Assembly: GCA_964016885.1 (NCBI GenBank)
Contig: OZ024747.1
Span: 2,604,001-2,668,000, forward strand
Source of the DNA: Eledone cirrhosa
Taxonomy: Eukaryota
DNA: 64,000 nucleotides
Reading direction: 5' to 3'
Below are positions 1 to 15,147 of the stretch, one piece after another (within the stretch, counting starts at the first letter, position 1; the number at the start of each line of letters is the position of its first letter). The translations under genes were made by a program, and so were the position numbers. The notes below the pieces were generated by a model, which worked only from the letters and a program-made list of their open reading frames with translations, was not told where the DNA came from and did not search any database.

Positions 1-559
1 CTTGTCAAATTCTTTTGCTGCTATATTTTGATCACAGGGGATGCTCATATCAATTAGTAAACAGACTTTGTTATTTTGGTCTTTTACAATAATCTCCAGT
101 CCATTAGCTTTAATGGTTCTGTCTGTTTGTACAGGAAAGTCCCAAAGAATTGTTACATTTTCTCCTTCAGTTATTATTATCATCGTAAGGGCAGTGGATT
201 GGCAGTATCGATAGAGTGTCGGACAACATGTACCTCAATGATACTGATGTGTGTGCCCCATTGAGTTCATATTTTTGTAGGGCTAGGTGGCTAGAATAAA
301 CTCTTCCTGTAAGTCTTATTTTATTATGGGATTTATCTTGTTTTGTTTGTTATTTTGGTGTTTGTTCTGTTGTGTATGTTATATGTAATATGAGTTGTGT
401 TATTTCATTGGGTAGCCTATATGTTACATCTTGTAGCCTAAATGTTACATCTTGTAGCCTATATGTTACATGATCTGTGTTGTATTATTTTATTAAATTA
501 TTGTATAGGGTGTGAAGTTTGTTCTATTTGAGCTGTGCTATTGAATCAATAATCTCTTG

Positions 560-960
560 TGCAGGATGTGAACTGTGCTTAGCAGAGTTATTTTTTCAGT
601 AGAGCATAATTTTGTAAACTCTAATTTAGCTTCTATATTTGTTGTTGTTATACTCAGTGCTGCAATTATTATTGGCACCCGTTTTACTTTCATGCTCCAC
701 ATTTTGTATGTTTCAATTTTCGGATCTTATTTTGACAGTTCTTCCACTTCTTTTCAGCTAATAGGCCAGAATGGATTGAGATGTCTATCAGTGTGCTTCT
801 GTCTTTGTTTTTACCAGTCCTTGATTATTATGTCTGGATGCTTTGCCTCGATTTCTTTTGTCAGTTTGGAAAGACGTAGATAATTGTAGCCAGGTTGTTG
901 TCATGTAATGTGTTTGTTACATGTGTATAGTATGTCTTGTCCATTTTCATGTCAAAGTGT
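560..960 (-). mobile_element. Degenerate R4/Dong-like (RLE-type) non-LTR retrotransposon, C-terminal endonuclease region
   Basis: Frameshifted minus-strand translation gives QTDKR..AKHPDIIIKD..LIDISI and LSK..KIETYKMWSMK..VPIIIAAL, resembling the R4-clade RPDIV..D..P / KYxDLxxE..W..VPVVIGALG motifs. Confidence 0.6.
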
Positions 961-971
961 TTTGATTATTA

Positions 972-1155
972 TTGGCAGTATCGGTAGAAGGTCGGACGCC
1001 ATGCTTTGCAGCATAAAGTTATGCCCCTTTACGGTCTGAGTTCAAATCTGACCGAGGTTAACTTTGCCTTTCATCCTTACGGGGTCGATAAAATAAAGCA
1101 CCAGTAATACACTTGGGTAATTGCTGGCCTTGTGCAAAAAGTAGAAATTATCATT
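972..1155 (+). mobile_element. tRNA-derived SINE family B (OK/Nin-domain-like)
   Basis: TTGGCAGTATCGGTAGA head, GAGTTCAAATC B box, GCCTTTCATCCTTACGGGGTCGATAAAATAAAG core, (ATT)n tail; more than 10 copies in the window. Confidence 0.85.
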
Positions 1156-1159
1156 ATTA

Positions 1160-1430
1160 CTTACTGGCCCCAATTCATCAAAAATGCCAGCCATATACGA
1201 GATGATTGGGGCCAGGTTGTCAGGTATGAAGTTTGCTACATGTTTATACCACTTCTTGTTTATTTCCACATTGAAATATTGGAATATTACCCTGTAGTTG
1301 TAGCTGCCAACACAATCATGTCTGGGGATGAGCAGCCAAAGATGATGTCAACCAAGTCACTCTGCTGGTTGTGCATTTTGCATTTGGTGTTTGAAACCAA
1401 TTTGATTATTTTGTTCTTCCAGTTGTTTGA
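1160..1430 (-). mobile_element. Second R4-like LINE fragment (decayed CCHC knuckle to KWYxH region)
   Basis: Minus strand reads KCKMH..DIIFGC..RHDCVG..KKWYKHV; separated from the 560-960 piece by a SINE. Confidence 0.45.
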
Positions 1431-1959
1431 GGTCTGACCTTGGTCTTCTACAGTGAGAATCAGTTCTTCTATTTTTACATTTATTCTAGAGTTTCTGAGC
1501 CATTATTGACTTTCACTTCGGCTTACATCTTTTCTGCGAATGGAGTGGATCTTCTCTTCATTTCTCCTTTAGTATATTTTCTGAGTTTTAATATTGTTTT
1601 TCTCTCTTTAACCATTTTATGTTGCTATCTAAATTTGTTTCAACATATTTTGTTTCTGGTTTATATTTTATTGTTTCCTTGTATACAGAGAAAAGTATTT
1701 TGTTTTTCTTTTATCATGTTTCGTTGTTACATTTATCAGTCTTCCTCTATTTCATTCTAAGTGCTTTTCCAGTCCACCTGTTGTTATTTTGGAGTATTTT
1801 TCTATTTATGTCTGGCCATAATTATTTTGTGTGCAGGGTAGGTATATTTTTGTCTAAGTCTGCTTTGGATGCTGGCTTCAGTATGATATCAGAAGTTTCC
1901 TGGTTTTCTGTCTATATTATTTTAGTTCACTTAACTTCTAGTTATAAAAGTCGTAGTTT

Positions 1960-2580
1960 ATAACTGGTATGACCCCTGTATCTATTCATATTCTCTTATT
2001 TAAAGTACTGACATCATTCTGACACTTCTACAATATTTTTTCTTACCTTGTGTTAAATCTTAGCTGTTTTGTCTAATCCTGGATATCTGTATAAGGGATT
2101 GAGAAATAATTCTCTAATTAAAGTATCTGTGTCTAATCTAATATTCTCAAATCTGGTTAATATGCCTTTTATTACTTCACACACTTCACTCTTCTCTTGA
2201 CCCTCTTGATAGATGTCCACGTGTTTTGTAATTACCAAATAAATGCTTTCAATCCTTGTATGTTCTGTGTAAGAAATACCCACAATTTTTCTGTAGCATC
2301 TCATTCCAAATGTCAGCATTTTCCACTGTAACTCTACTGAGAGAACCCACATGTTGCAGTTATAATATAGGATGGAGAATACTAGAACATGCATAAGTTT
2401 CAATATATATTTGAGACTGTTTTGTCTTGCCATGTTGGTTTTAACTAATGTTGTTGATCTTTGAGGAGCTGTTGAGGGGATTTATGCTTTGACCATTCTT
2501 TGGTGATGGTGATGCCTAGGTATTTGAAGTGATCAGTTGTCTCAAGCTTGCCAGTGATTTGTTTGTTTTGTGTTTTGTCT
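1960..2580 (-). mobile_element. Degenerate RTE-type LINE fragment (post-RT region)
   Basis: ORF 2053-2433 WVLSVELQWKMLTFGMRCYRKIVGISYTEH matches the WTL..FEMRCYRRILxISY motif. Confidence 0.65.
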
Positions 2581-2809
2581 TCTCCCTCAAGATTACTATT
2601 CTGTATCTGGTAGTAGTTTTGTCTAAGTGGTTTATATATACATATATATATTTTGGTTCTATGGATGATGATGCCTCTAGGATTGCTGACCTAGGATGAG
2701 CTCAGACACATCGAGCAAAATCAAGAAGACATACATACATATATACATATGTATATATATATATATATATATATTTATGTATATATATATATATATATAT
2801 ACATAAAGT

Positions 2810-3160
2810 GGAGGCACATGGCTTAGTGGTTAGAGCATTGGCCTTGCAATCGAAAGGTTGTGAGTTCAATTCTCAGACTGGGTGATGTGTTGTTTCCTTG
2901 AGCAAGACACTTCATTTCACATTGCTCCAGTTTACTCAGCTGTAGAAATGAGATGATAGGGACTGGAGTCCATATCATTCCACTGCAAAGTGGTCGTGGA
3001 GGTGCCATGGCAAAAAAGCACCCAGCACTCACTGTAAATGAGGTTGGTGTTAGGAAGGGCATCCAGCTGTAGAAATCAAGCCAGAATCAGTTCCCGTCCC
3101 ACCCTTGCAAGCAGGGAAAAGCGGACGTAAAATGATGATGATGATGATGATGATGATGAT
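2810..3160 (+). mobile_element. tRNA-derived SINE family A (CORE/Meta-like centre, RTE-type 3' tail)
   Basis: A box TGGCTTAGTGG, B box GAGTTCAATTC, TCCTTGAGCAAGACACTT centre, GGTGTTAGGAAGGGCATCCAGC..GGACGTAAAA(TGA)n tail; close copy at 13576. Confidence 0.9.
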
Positions 3161-5209
3161 ATGTATATATATATATATATGTGTGTGTATACATATATAT
3201 AATATCACCATGACCAACCAGTCTGTCAGGTGCCAATCGGCACCGCTGGTCACAGCACGTCGTGCTGTTTTAGCCATAAGATAATGCCATCCCACTGGCT
3301 GGGCGGGCAGGCTGATATATAATATATATATATCATAATGGGTCTAAAATTCTGTAACTTTTTATTAGTTGTGTGCCATGTTCATTGTCAATATATTTTG
3401 TTCTCAGTCACTCAATTTATTGCTGTAAACAACAACTATAGTATTGAATAAGTAACAAAAAAAGACATAAATAATTGTGGTTTTGTATCTTGGAGAATGT
3501 TAATCTGCGATGATGATTTTCTCAGGTTACACTATATGAAGAGAAAGTTTCACCGGTGCTCCAACTGCTCAATAAATTAGAAAATAAGCTAACAGACATA
3601 TAGAAAGCAATGATGAAGGATTGAAACAGAATATGATTAATGAGAGTAAAACCAATTTGCTAGTTCACAAATGTGATAGCATGGTTAAGTTATTTGGAAG
3701 AGGCAATCATTTTGACCATTCAGCCACAACAATTATTACTAATGACCAACATGCAAGAATAAAATATTTAACACTCAGAAAAGTTGTTTGCAAAAAAATA
3801 TTGGAGAATAAATCAATAGTTGTTAGGGATGAGCACAAGGATGGGGCAGGGCGATATCATGTTGATAACAGGTTTGAGAGGGTTGGATTTAAGGCATGTA
3901 TCATTGTAAATTAATAACACATTGGCAGGAAGTCATAGAAGGGGATATAAGTAGCAGAAATGTATATGTAAAATGTATAATTGTGATATTCATGCCTTTC
4001 CCAAGTAATGTTTTTGTCGAAATTTGCAGTAAATTGAGCCAGAGGCTTTCTTTTAGCATTTTGTGGTCATAATTTGAATAAAACAGACTGCTGGCTTTCC
4101 AGGTTATTTTGAAAGTAAATACAGAGCAATTTATTAATATATGTAACTTTAACCTTATTAAGCTGGTGTTAATAATATGATTTGATTAAAAGATTCTTAC
4201 ATAAATATATGATGGAAAGTTTGATTTAAATATGAACACTGAGAGGTATTTGTATCATAAAATTATAGGCAATCCTAAGAGAGTTGGTAGAAAATCATTG
4301 AAAATGACCTTACAACAACAACATGACACTCATCTACATGAGAACGTAAATAAGGAAAATTAAAACCAAGATATAGATGAAAAAGTTGTAATGAAGCAAT
4401 ATTGAATAGTTTCTGGTTGTGATGCTGCATTTGTGATGTGTTAGTATATCAGAAATAATATCTAACTGGTTGTTGGCTCCCAGCAGATACAATTCATTGT
4501 TTCATATAATCTAGCAAGAATTTTATAGATTTTCTCGAATTGTACTTTCACACTTAGTTAAGCAGTAGTTTAACAGATGAGATATTTTGTTGACTTCAGA
4601 TTCTTTCAAGATATCAGTTTTCACAATGGGATGTACTCTCAGTGTCTAATAATATCTGGAAACTTATAATAAAACCAATTTGAGTTCAGTCCTTATCAGA
4701 GTTACCAAATCAACAGATACATAGATAACTATAAAATAGAAACCAGTAACGAAATATAATACTACAGACTAAATGACTGCTCCCTCTCTTGATATAAATA
4801 TGTATATATACATATAAATATATATATATATATACACACATGCGCACATATTATCCCATGATGATGTCCTACAGGTTTATATATACATAAATATATATAC
4901 AACCTTTATCGAGTCCTCTTTGCAACGTTTTACGAAATATTTACTTCTGCGTTCACAGATTGATGTTTTTAGTTTCAGAAAATCCCATTAAGGGTGAAAG
5001 CAGCGAGTCTTTGCTTAAACTTTAATCTGTTATTTTAATAAATATATATATATATATATTAAAGTTAGGAAAATTAACAAAGTACTGAAGCAGGGCTGCT
5101 GATCTCCCAGACAAGCTTTAGGTACGATTTCATGTTTTACTATATGTATATTCATTATTCCCTCTATCATTAACATTAATATAAAAAATAATAAATATAT
5201 TTGTTTGAA

Positions 5210-5262
5210 GAAGGGCCTCAAGTTTCATAGATTAGGGCCTCAGCCGGAGAAAGTTTGGCCCC
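5210..5262 (+). mobile_element. Dispersed short repeat, probable DNA-transposon terminus
   Basis: AAGGGCCTCA..TTTCATA..TTAGGGCCTCAGC.GG.GAAAGT recurs at ~49982-50033 (+) and ~63940-63990 (-). Confidence 0.5.
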
Positions 5263-5676
5263 AAATAGGGATCTTCAATAGAATCTTCAATATTACATTT
5301 TATTTAAAGTAAATTTATGCCTTAAAATATATTTATGAACACCTCAAACCCTGTAATATGTTGAGTCACAACTGAAGGTGTTGTCTTCATCTTGTCCTGG
5401 TATTTCAAATGACTGAATGGTTAAGAGGTTTACTTCACAACCATTAGGTTCCAAGTTCTATCCCACTACATAATACTGTGGGGTGACTCAGGTCTTGTGA
5501 GGGAAATCGGTGAGATGGAGATTGTTTGGAAGCTTGTTGGATGGACTACTGTACCTTTTCATATGCTTTGACATACTGAAAGAAAATCAGAGATAACAAA
5601 CTTATCTACTAAACCTTAGTCCAGGTCTGAAATTGGTGGCATGTGCTTTAAACAGTGATGATGATGATGATGATAG

Positions 5677-5713
<37 letters not shown>

Positions 5714-6493
5714 AATGATGTGTCTCTTGTTGACTAAACTATTAGACAACCAAATTCGTAATCCAAGGAAAATGGTGGTGTGTGTCAGCAACATCTAGTC
5801 CATAGGAGAGTTTAATAAGTTGAATTACAATGAAGAGTGTATAATACAATATTTTAGGCTCTCATCCTTTGTCTGAAACTATAGAAGAAGCTGTATATTG
5901 CTCTAACAATGCTATTATATATACAAAATGATAGAAGGGTCTTCTATATAACAGCATGGCTTCCATAACCATTACAAAAATTCTCTCTCTCTGTTTCAAC
6001 TGGTCTCTCTGACTGCTTCTGCCTGTCTTTCCCTCCCCCTCTCCCCCTCTTTCTCTCTGTTTCATCTTGTCTCTCTGACTGCCCCTCTCTCCCTCTCTCT
6101 CTCTGAACTTGTGACTCTACAGGCCATTGCTTGTATTATTCAGACACTGGCACTCATATATCCATCTCTCAATTTCCACCCCAACCATCAATGCTTGTAG
6201 TTGTGCTTCTCCTTACTTTCACTATTTTCAGCTTCAACTCATCCACACTAATTTAGATTAGATGAGATAGAAATATCAATCCTTTTGAAAATATTTGCAG
6301 AATTCATAGAAATAAAACAGAGAATAAAGAAAATAGATATAAAACAACAAAGACAGACTAAAAACATTGGTATTTTGACCTGGTTTATACACTACTTTCA
6401 ATTCATGATCATGAAAATTATATTAATTTTCAAAAAATTCTATTACTAAAAATTGTAAAAGAAAAATATACATACATATATATGAACACACAT

Positions 6494-6555
<62 letters not shown>

Positions 6556-6879
6556 CAGAATATATTGAACTGTATATTCAGGCCAGTAGGTTAACCAGTT
6601 TGAATGTTAACTCATCTGTATAATTCTATAAGTAAACAGATATCTGGAAAAATAATATTGAAAACATGAAAAAGCAAAGATATTGGCATTATTATTTACT
6701 TTCCTAACCTAAAGTTGGAACAGCTTTTACTGGAGCAGTGGTATTTAAATCAAGCACGCTGTGTCTGATCAGGATAGAAGGAGTGAGTTTTCAATAAATG
6801 TAGCTTAGTGTTCAATGCAATCAATTAGAAGACACTAGAAGACAGTGATGTAGGGTAAGACCTTATAGTATTGATTGAA

Positions 6880-7420
6880 AGAGATCTAAGGCAAATAGTA
6901 AGAGGATTTACGCCATTAACAAAGCCAATCAAATGCTCTGCTGGTTGAGTCCAGCAGTGGTCAGCCAAGAGAAAGATATATCAATCGGTCTGTATTAAAC
7001 CTAGCTACATTCACATTTAGAATATGTAGAAGCAGCATGGTAACAAAATCTGGCAAAAAATGTAAATTCTTTGGAAGCAGTTCAACTGTATGGAATCAAA
7101 TCTAAACCTCATGAAGAGCTATACTTCAGAATATGCCAACTGCCATATTTGCCTGACTGCTGCAGCTGGGGAGTTGCTAGTGGAGTCTGTAAGACTCTGA
7201 ATTATGTCTCAAGACTCAATGCAAGCCTCTTCCAGGAGATTAGGCACCAGATTAGCGTGAGAGCAAATGGGAGAGGGGATTATTTTCTAAGTCCATGCAA
7301 GTAAAAGTGTTCTGCAAGAATCGTTCAAACTGAAGGCGGTGATGCAGAACAAACTAGCGGACAATATCAGTAAAAGCAGTGTGGTGGATAAATTTGAAAG
7401 GGTAGAGGGGAAGCTGTGAA
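6880..7420 (+). mobile_element. Highly decayed CR1-like LINE 3' region
   Basis: Fragments NKANQML.W, EYVEAAW and LEAVQ in broken frames. Confidence 0.4.
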
Positions 7421-8078
7421 TAGATCGATAACAACTCCTGCAAAATAAAATCTATGGAATAGCATTTATGATACATGTCACAATCAAAATATCTTGATTT
7501 TATGTCATTTCTTTTCTTAAAACAGCAGCAACATCAGCAACAAATAAACAACATTGAGATGTACATGAACTGCAATCGATATTAAAAATAACTGATAATT
7601 TTCTTTGTCATATGATCACTTGAAAGATAAAGTAAAATAAAAGAATATCTGTCAAACTTATAAATAAAAAATGATATTTATTTTAAACTGTCAATCATTT
7701 GTTATTGTAGCAATCTGTTATATTATATCTATTTGAAGTAACGTTGCTTCCTCACACTTTGTTCATTTACTGCTTATTTTTGACTCTGTTTTTGCTGGAG
7801 GGATTTTAAGCTAGAATATATTTCTATTTTTCTTATTTTTCTATTTTACAATCTTCAATTTGGATCTAATTATTTTGATGTTGGAAAAATATAGCACACT
7901 TTAAAGAGAGTATAAATACGACTATATATAAATAAGTATATGTTTATACATACATATATGATATAAATGTATGTATGTGTGTGTGTGTACATAAATCTAT
8001 ATGCATATATGTCACTTTCACTCTCTCTCTCCCTCTTCCTCTCTCCATTCCTCTCTCTCTATATATATATACATACAT

Positions 8079-8185
<107 letters not shown>

Positions 8186-9199
8186 GCATGCACACTTGCA
8201 CACACAGTTACACATTTCTGAAAATTTTTTTTTTTTAAATGAAAGAAAAAAGGAAATGAAAAGAAAGTTTAAAGATATGTGGAGAAAAAATTATGTTTCC
8301 AATTCCAAAAATTCTGTTTCTTTGAAAGATATCTATTTTCACTGGAGTTTATAAATATTATCCTCAGGTCTTTTCAAAATATATTTCATTTCTTTCTTAC
8401 TTATTTCTGTTTATATATTTTATCAAATATTTGCTACCTTAAACAACAACAAATAAACAAACAACTATATTAAACAAATGGGAGTTCTGTTCCCCTCCCC
8501 TATACCTCCCCTCATTGCCAACCATTAATCCTTCTGTGGAGGTACTGAGATTTGGCTGGGGTGGAGAGGGAGGTGCTGCTGCTTCAAAATGTTTTTTTTT
8601 TTTTTATCTGCTTCTTTTATTTCTTGAAATTGGTCCTAGATTAAGATGTCATATTTTCTGAGGTTAATATCTCAGATTTCATGAGTTCTTATGTTTTGTA
8701 CATTTGGGGAAAGGGAAAATAAGTCAAAACTACATGACACAATACTGAATGTCACTTGGACAGATGGACAGACAGAGGCCAAAGCTTGATCAACCTTGGT
8801 CAGCTAGACAAGGGTCCGTGCTGAAAGACATGAAACACCCAGGGACCCCAGGAATAATTTTCACTTACTGTTTTGTCATGAAGGAAAGAACAGAGCCTTT
8901 GACTATTTTCAGGCCCAGAATGTCTCTTCAGGGGGCAGGGATAAAGGCATCTTCAAACCAGAGACTTGGAGTAAATTCTACTAAAGTCATCCCAGAATCA
9001 GACTGTGGTATTAAACTTAGTAAATTACACCTCCCAACTGTGATGACAAATAAATAAGTAAATAAGTGTGGAGGTTCTCTCTCTTTTACTCATGTCACCA
9101 ACTCTCTCACTCTCTCCACCCCTCACTCTCTCCACCTCTCACTCTCTCCATCTCTCACTCTCTCCACCTCTCACTTTCTCCATCTCTCACTCTCTTCAT

Positions 9200-9980
9200 C
9201 TCTCACTATTATAAGCAAATGGGGGCCCATGTGCTGGCCGCCCTGCAGCCCTGATGGACAGAATAGAGAGGGAGTTTCCCTGGAGGATGGTGAGGGAGAC
9301 ACATTAGAAGTGCCATCCCAGCTTGCAAGGCTCACATCTGCAGGTAGCCAACTCTGTGGTGATGGTGGTGAATAGGGAGGTGGTCCTAGGGCCAAGCACA
9401 CCAGAAGTCTCCACTGCTGCAGGTAGCCAACTCTGTGGTGATGGTGGTGAGTAGGGAGGTGGTCCTAGGGCCAAGCACACCAGAAGTCTCCACTGCTGCA
9501 GGTAGCCAACTCTGTGGTGATGGTGGTGAATAGGGAGGTAGTCCTAGGGCCAAGGACACCAGAAGTCTCCACTGCTACAGGTAGCCAACTCTGTGGTGAT
9601 GGTGGTGAATAGGGAGGTAGTCCTAGGGCCAAGGACACCAGAAGTCTCCACTGCTACAGGTAGCCAACTCTGTGGTGATGGTGGTGAGTAGGGAGGTGGT
9701 CCTAGGGCCAAGGACACCAGAAGTCTCCACTGCTACAGGTAGCCAACTCTGTGGTGATGGTGGTGAGTAGGGAGGTGGTCCTAGGGCCAAGGACACCAGA
9801 AGTCTCCACTGTCACAGGCTCAACCACAAATCTGTCAGAGAGCGACCGATACTTGGAGAGTTTACCCTCCTTGGACCAAAGTGCAGCAGAGCCTGAATTA
9901 GTCACAGACTGCACCAGGTTGCTGCCGGAGAATGTGTCGTTGTATGTGGCATCCCAGATGAGGGGTTTACAACTGCAGAA
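9200..9980 (-). mobile_element. CRE-like non-LTR retrotransposon 3' end (restriction-like endonuclease) with internal tandem amplification
   Basis: KPLIWDATYNDTF..SAA..KEGKLSKYRSL..VEPVTVETSGVLGP, then SLTILQGNSLSIL, matching the WDAT..K..KY..ETxGxxG..QRGNA motifs of CRE-clade elements. Confidence 0.75.
9341..9810. repeat. 79-bp tandem repeat, 6 copies
   Basis: CAGGTAGCCAACTCTGTGG starts at 9341, 9420, 9499, 9578, 9657 and 9736. Confidence 0.95.
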
Positions 9981-10467
9981 CTGTAAAGATGTGCCCATGT
10001 ATTTGCATCCATAAATGTATGAAAAACTAGTTTGAATTTCCAATTCTCTTCTATGGTTTGTAAGTAATAGGAGAGTTGTAATTCCTTCTTTAAATTCTTT
10101 AGAAATTCTTTCAGTTTATATTTTTTCAACTTAAAATTCTATGGATTTCACATTGAAGTGAAATTAATAATTAGTTAATATTTTAAAAAATAGTTAATTT
10201 CAATAGAAGAATGAATTAACTAATTAATCTATAGATTACCAGAGATTAATGGATTAGACATGTGTGGCTTTAATTTTCTTATATATATATATATGTGTAT
10301 GTGTGTGTGTGTATGTGTGTGTGTGTGTGTATGTGTTTGTGTTTGCTTGTATAATATATAAATATATGTGTATGTAGGAGAGAGAAAGAGATGAGAGAAA
10401 GCACCCTTGTGTGTGATTGTATAAATATATGTGAGAGAGAGATAAAAGAATGCACGTGTGTGTTTGT

Positions 10468-11062
10468 ATGTGTGCTTGTGTAATAGATTAATATATATAT
10501 ATATATGTGTGTGTGCTTGTGTAATAGATTAATATATATATATGTGTGTGTGTGCTTGTGTAATAGATTAATATATATATATGTGTGTGTGTGCTTGTGT
10601 AATAGATTAATATATATGTGTATGTGTGCTTGTGTAATAGATTAATATATATGTGTATATGTGCTTGTGTAATAGATTAATATATATGTGTGTGTGCTTG
10701 TGTAATAGATTAATATATATGTGTGTGTGCTTGTGTAATAGATTAATATATATGTGTATGTGTGCTTGTGTAATAGATTAATAAATATGTGTGTGTGCTT
10801 GTGTAATAGATTAATATATATGTGTGTGTGCTTGTGTAATAGATTAATATATATGTGTGTGTGCTTGTGTAATAGATTAATATATATGTGTGTGTGCTTG
10901 TGTAATAGATTAATATATATGTGTGTGTGCTTGTGTAATAGATTAATATATATGTGTGTGTGCTTGTGTAATAGATTAATATATATGTGTATGTGTGCTT
11001 GTGTAATAGATTAATATATATGTGTGTGTGCTTGTGTAATAGATTAATATATATGTGTATGT
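10468..11062. repeat. ~33-bp minisatellite (GTGTGCTTGTGTAATAGATTAATATATATGTGT), ~17 copies
   Basis: Direct reading; 5' units have extra TA/TG dinucleotides. Confidence 0.95.
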
Positions 11063-11269
11063 GTTTGATAGAGAGAAGGTGACACGTGTGTGACTATGTG
11101 TATAAGTTTGTGTTTCACAAATAAATTTCTCATAATTGCCTGCACATGGTATGTTTATGTTATTATACACAAACATATATTCATGTATACATTATATATA
11201 CATATATATATATGTATATATATATGTATATATAATGTACCGATTGTGTTGTTATTTCTGTTTACCTTT

Positions 11270-11303
<34 letters not shown>

Positions 11304-11330
11304 CATACATATATATATATATACACACAC

Positions 11331-11361
<31 letters not shown>

Positions 11362-11396
11362 CACATATATATATATATATATTCATATACATATAT

Positions 11397-11441
<45 letters not shown>

Positions 11442-11859
11442 ACTTTTATACTATATAGTGCAAGCAAGGAAAAGCGGACGTAAAATGATGATGATGATAA
11501 TGATATTGTTTATAAGTACATGTGAATATGTATGTATGTGTGAATGTGTATGTCAGTGTATATATGTATATATATATTGTTTAAAAGTATATGTGAACAT
11601 GTATGTATGTATGAATGTGTGTGTCAGTGTATATAAACAATTATACACATGAACACATTTTTGTAAACATCCGTCTTCCAATCTATATTTCTATACATGT
11701 ACATACACACAGGTACACTGTGTATATTTATACATATATATTTGTGTATATAGACATACATACATACATAAATTCATACACATGAACTTATGTGAAGACA
11801 TTCACAAATATTATTTGAATTCGATCAACTCTTCATTTAATCTAGTTGTGTGTTTTGAG

Positions 11860-11930
11860 AGTTAGGGGGTGGGCAGGGTTTGTATTTCCCTTCCATAGGA
11901 ACCACAAGCAGCCAATCATTGGCTGCAGCA
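11860..11930 (+). promoter_or_regulatory. Putative protocadherin promoter: GT/GC-box-like GGGGGTGGGC plus palindromic double CCAAT box
   Basis: GCAGCCAAT-C-ATTGGCTGC at 11908-11926 in a unique, GC-richer island upstream of a strong donor site. Confidence 0.6.
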
Positions 11931-12085
11931 AACATCAGATACACACCCTAGTTGATCTGCGGACCACTCTTCCATATTCACACAACAACACAGTACTGCC
12001 AGCACCAGCAGTAGTAACGACAGAACTCTACAGCAGGATACACATCGCATCTAACGATAAACTTTGGAGGATTTTATCTGCATTG
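11930..12085 (+). other. Putative non-coding first exon of the protocadherin (start uncertain)
   Basis: Ends at TTG|GTGAGT (12085/12086); the matching acceptor TTTCTTCTAG directly precedes the ATG at 16601. Confidence 0.6.
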
Positions 12086-12252
12086 GTGAGTAGATTTTCT
12101 TGTAAATTGTTATAGCATTCTCTTATCTGTGTGTATATATATATGTGTGTGTGTGTGTGTTTATATGTCTATATATATATATGTGTGTATATTTGTTTTG
12201 TTATTTTTGTATTTACTTTTACATGCATATATATTTGTATAGATAAATATAT

Positions 12253-12314
<62 letters not shown>

Positions 12315-12975
12315 ATACATATACTAAATATATATATTTACAATATTAATTGTAAATGAACATATCTTATGCTGTCTGTCATAATTCATGTGTATTTTAT
12401 TCCCTTTATGATTTTTTTAATATGACTGTGAGGTACATATAGCATATATATATATAGTATATTCACTTAAAGTATATATATATATATATATAGTATATTC
12501 ACTTATATGATATATATATATAGTATATTCACTTTTCATATAGTATATAAATACATATTATATTTACATATCTTTCTTTTTATCTATTTTCTACTAGAAA
12601 ATAGATATTATTTAAAGAGAAAAGTATTGTATGAGAGGTTAACTGCAATTGTCAGCTGATAAGAAGGAAAATATAAGAGGTTTCCTTTATCATAGTAAAT
12701 ACCTAGTGTTACTCATCCCATAAGGTTATTAGACTTGTCCAAAGTTATGCCTAAATCTATTAAGAAATATCTAAGAAATACGTGCCATTGCAGTATGTTA
12801 TTGATTTATGTGTTGGCATGTTGGTCAAGAGAGTCTATCAAACATTCAAAGTTTATCTGCTTGAAAACTCATATACACACTTGCATACACACAGACACAC
12901 TTGTATACACACAGACACACTTGCATACACACAGACACACACTATGTAACTGTTGTTACATACTTAACTAACACA

Positions 12976-13916
<941 letters not shown>

Positions 13917-15147
13917 ATATATATGTATATATATATATATGTGTGTGTGTGTAATTGTTAATTTACAAATTACAGTAAGCCTATTTAAAATAAATGTAAT
14001 TTCATTCACTGCAAATTGAAACACATTAAAAAAAGGTTTTTAAATTGTCTGTATAAAACTATCACTTTGTGAAATAATTGACTATCTATATGCAGTATTA
14101 ACTATTGAGACTTGTAAAAATATATTTATGTTTGCTCAAAGATATTAGGAAAAAATTGGAAAAAATGCATTATTAATTAGCTTCAACTTCTAAAGAATTT
14201 TCTCTAATATAATTGCAAGGTGTTTAATTCTAAAAAGCAATTTAATTTTCAAACAGATTTAACAAGTCGCATACTTATTCTTTACTTACATGTATATCCC
14301 CCCCCCCCCCCACACACATATTCATACACAAACACACATATACATATAGATTCTTGCATATATACATGTGCATGCTCTCATCTGTATTTATTTATGTGTG
14401 ATTTGTGATTGGGTATATATATATATATATATGCTTGGAAAATATAAGCATAGGTATTTAACTTTGTTAATATAACTTAACATTCATATATACTCACATG
14501 TTTGTATTTTAGAGGGGGAAAAAAACTTCAAACACATGTAAAACTGAGTCAGAGCATACTGAAAACTAATAAAATAGAAGTTTAATTTTTTACTTTTTAT
14601 GTGAGTATGGGAGAAAGAAGTTTTATTAACAATTTATTTTATTTTATTTTATTTTTTTCTAATACATACAGTCTTATTTCAGTTTTATTAGCAATTTTTA
14701 ATTTAATTTTGTGAAATAAAGTAGTTTTTTTTTCTTTAATTTCTCTACCCTTTTAAGAATGTATTTTTTTTAAATGGTTCATTCCACTCAACTCTTAAAG
14801 TAAAATCGAATTAATATCTTGTAACTTTACAAACATTTATTTTCTTATCTGTCAAAATGTTTGTTAATAACGTTATGACAGCTAAGAAAATAAATGTTTT
14901 TTTCTCCTGTTAAAACTATATTATCACAGTGTCTTTTGACAAGATTTTGATGCTATCATAACTATGTAAATTTATTATTATTATTTCAATATAAAAAAAA
15001 GTATTGTCTATGTAATTATTCTTTCTCCTCTTTTTCTTTCTCTCTTTCTACTTCTTGCTTTTCTTTTTGTCTCTTCCTTTCATTCTTTATTTTCTTCTGC
15101 CTCTTTATCTCATTATTTACTTCTCATTGTCATTATTTACTTTTTGT

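Noticed and set aside
2810-2885. tRNA gene
   Set aside because: A and B boxes are present but run into SINE body and tail with no proper cloverleaf or terminator.
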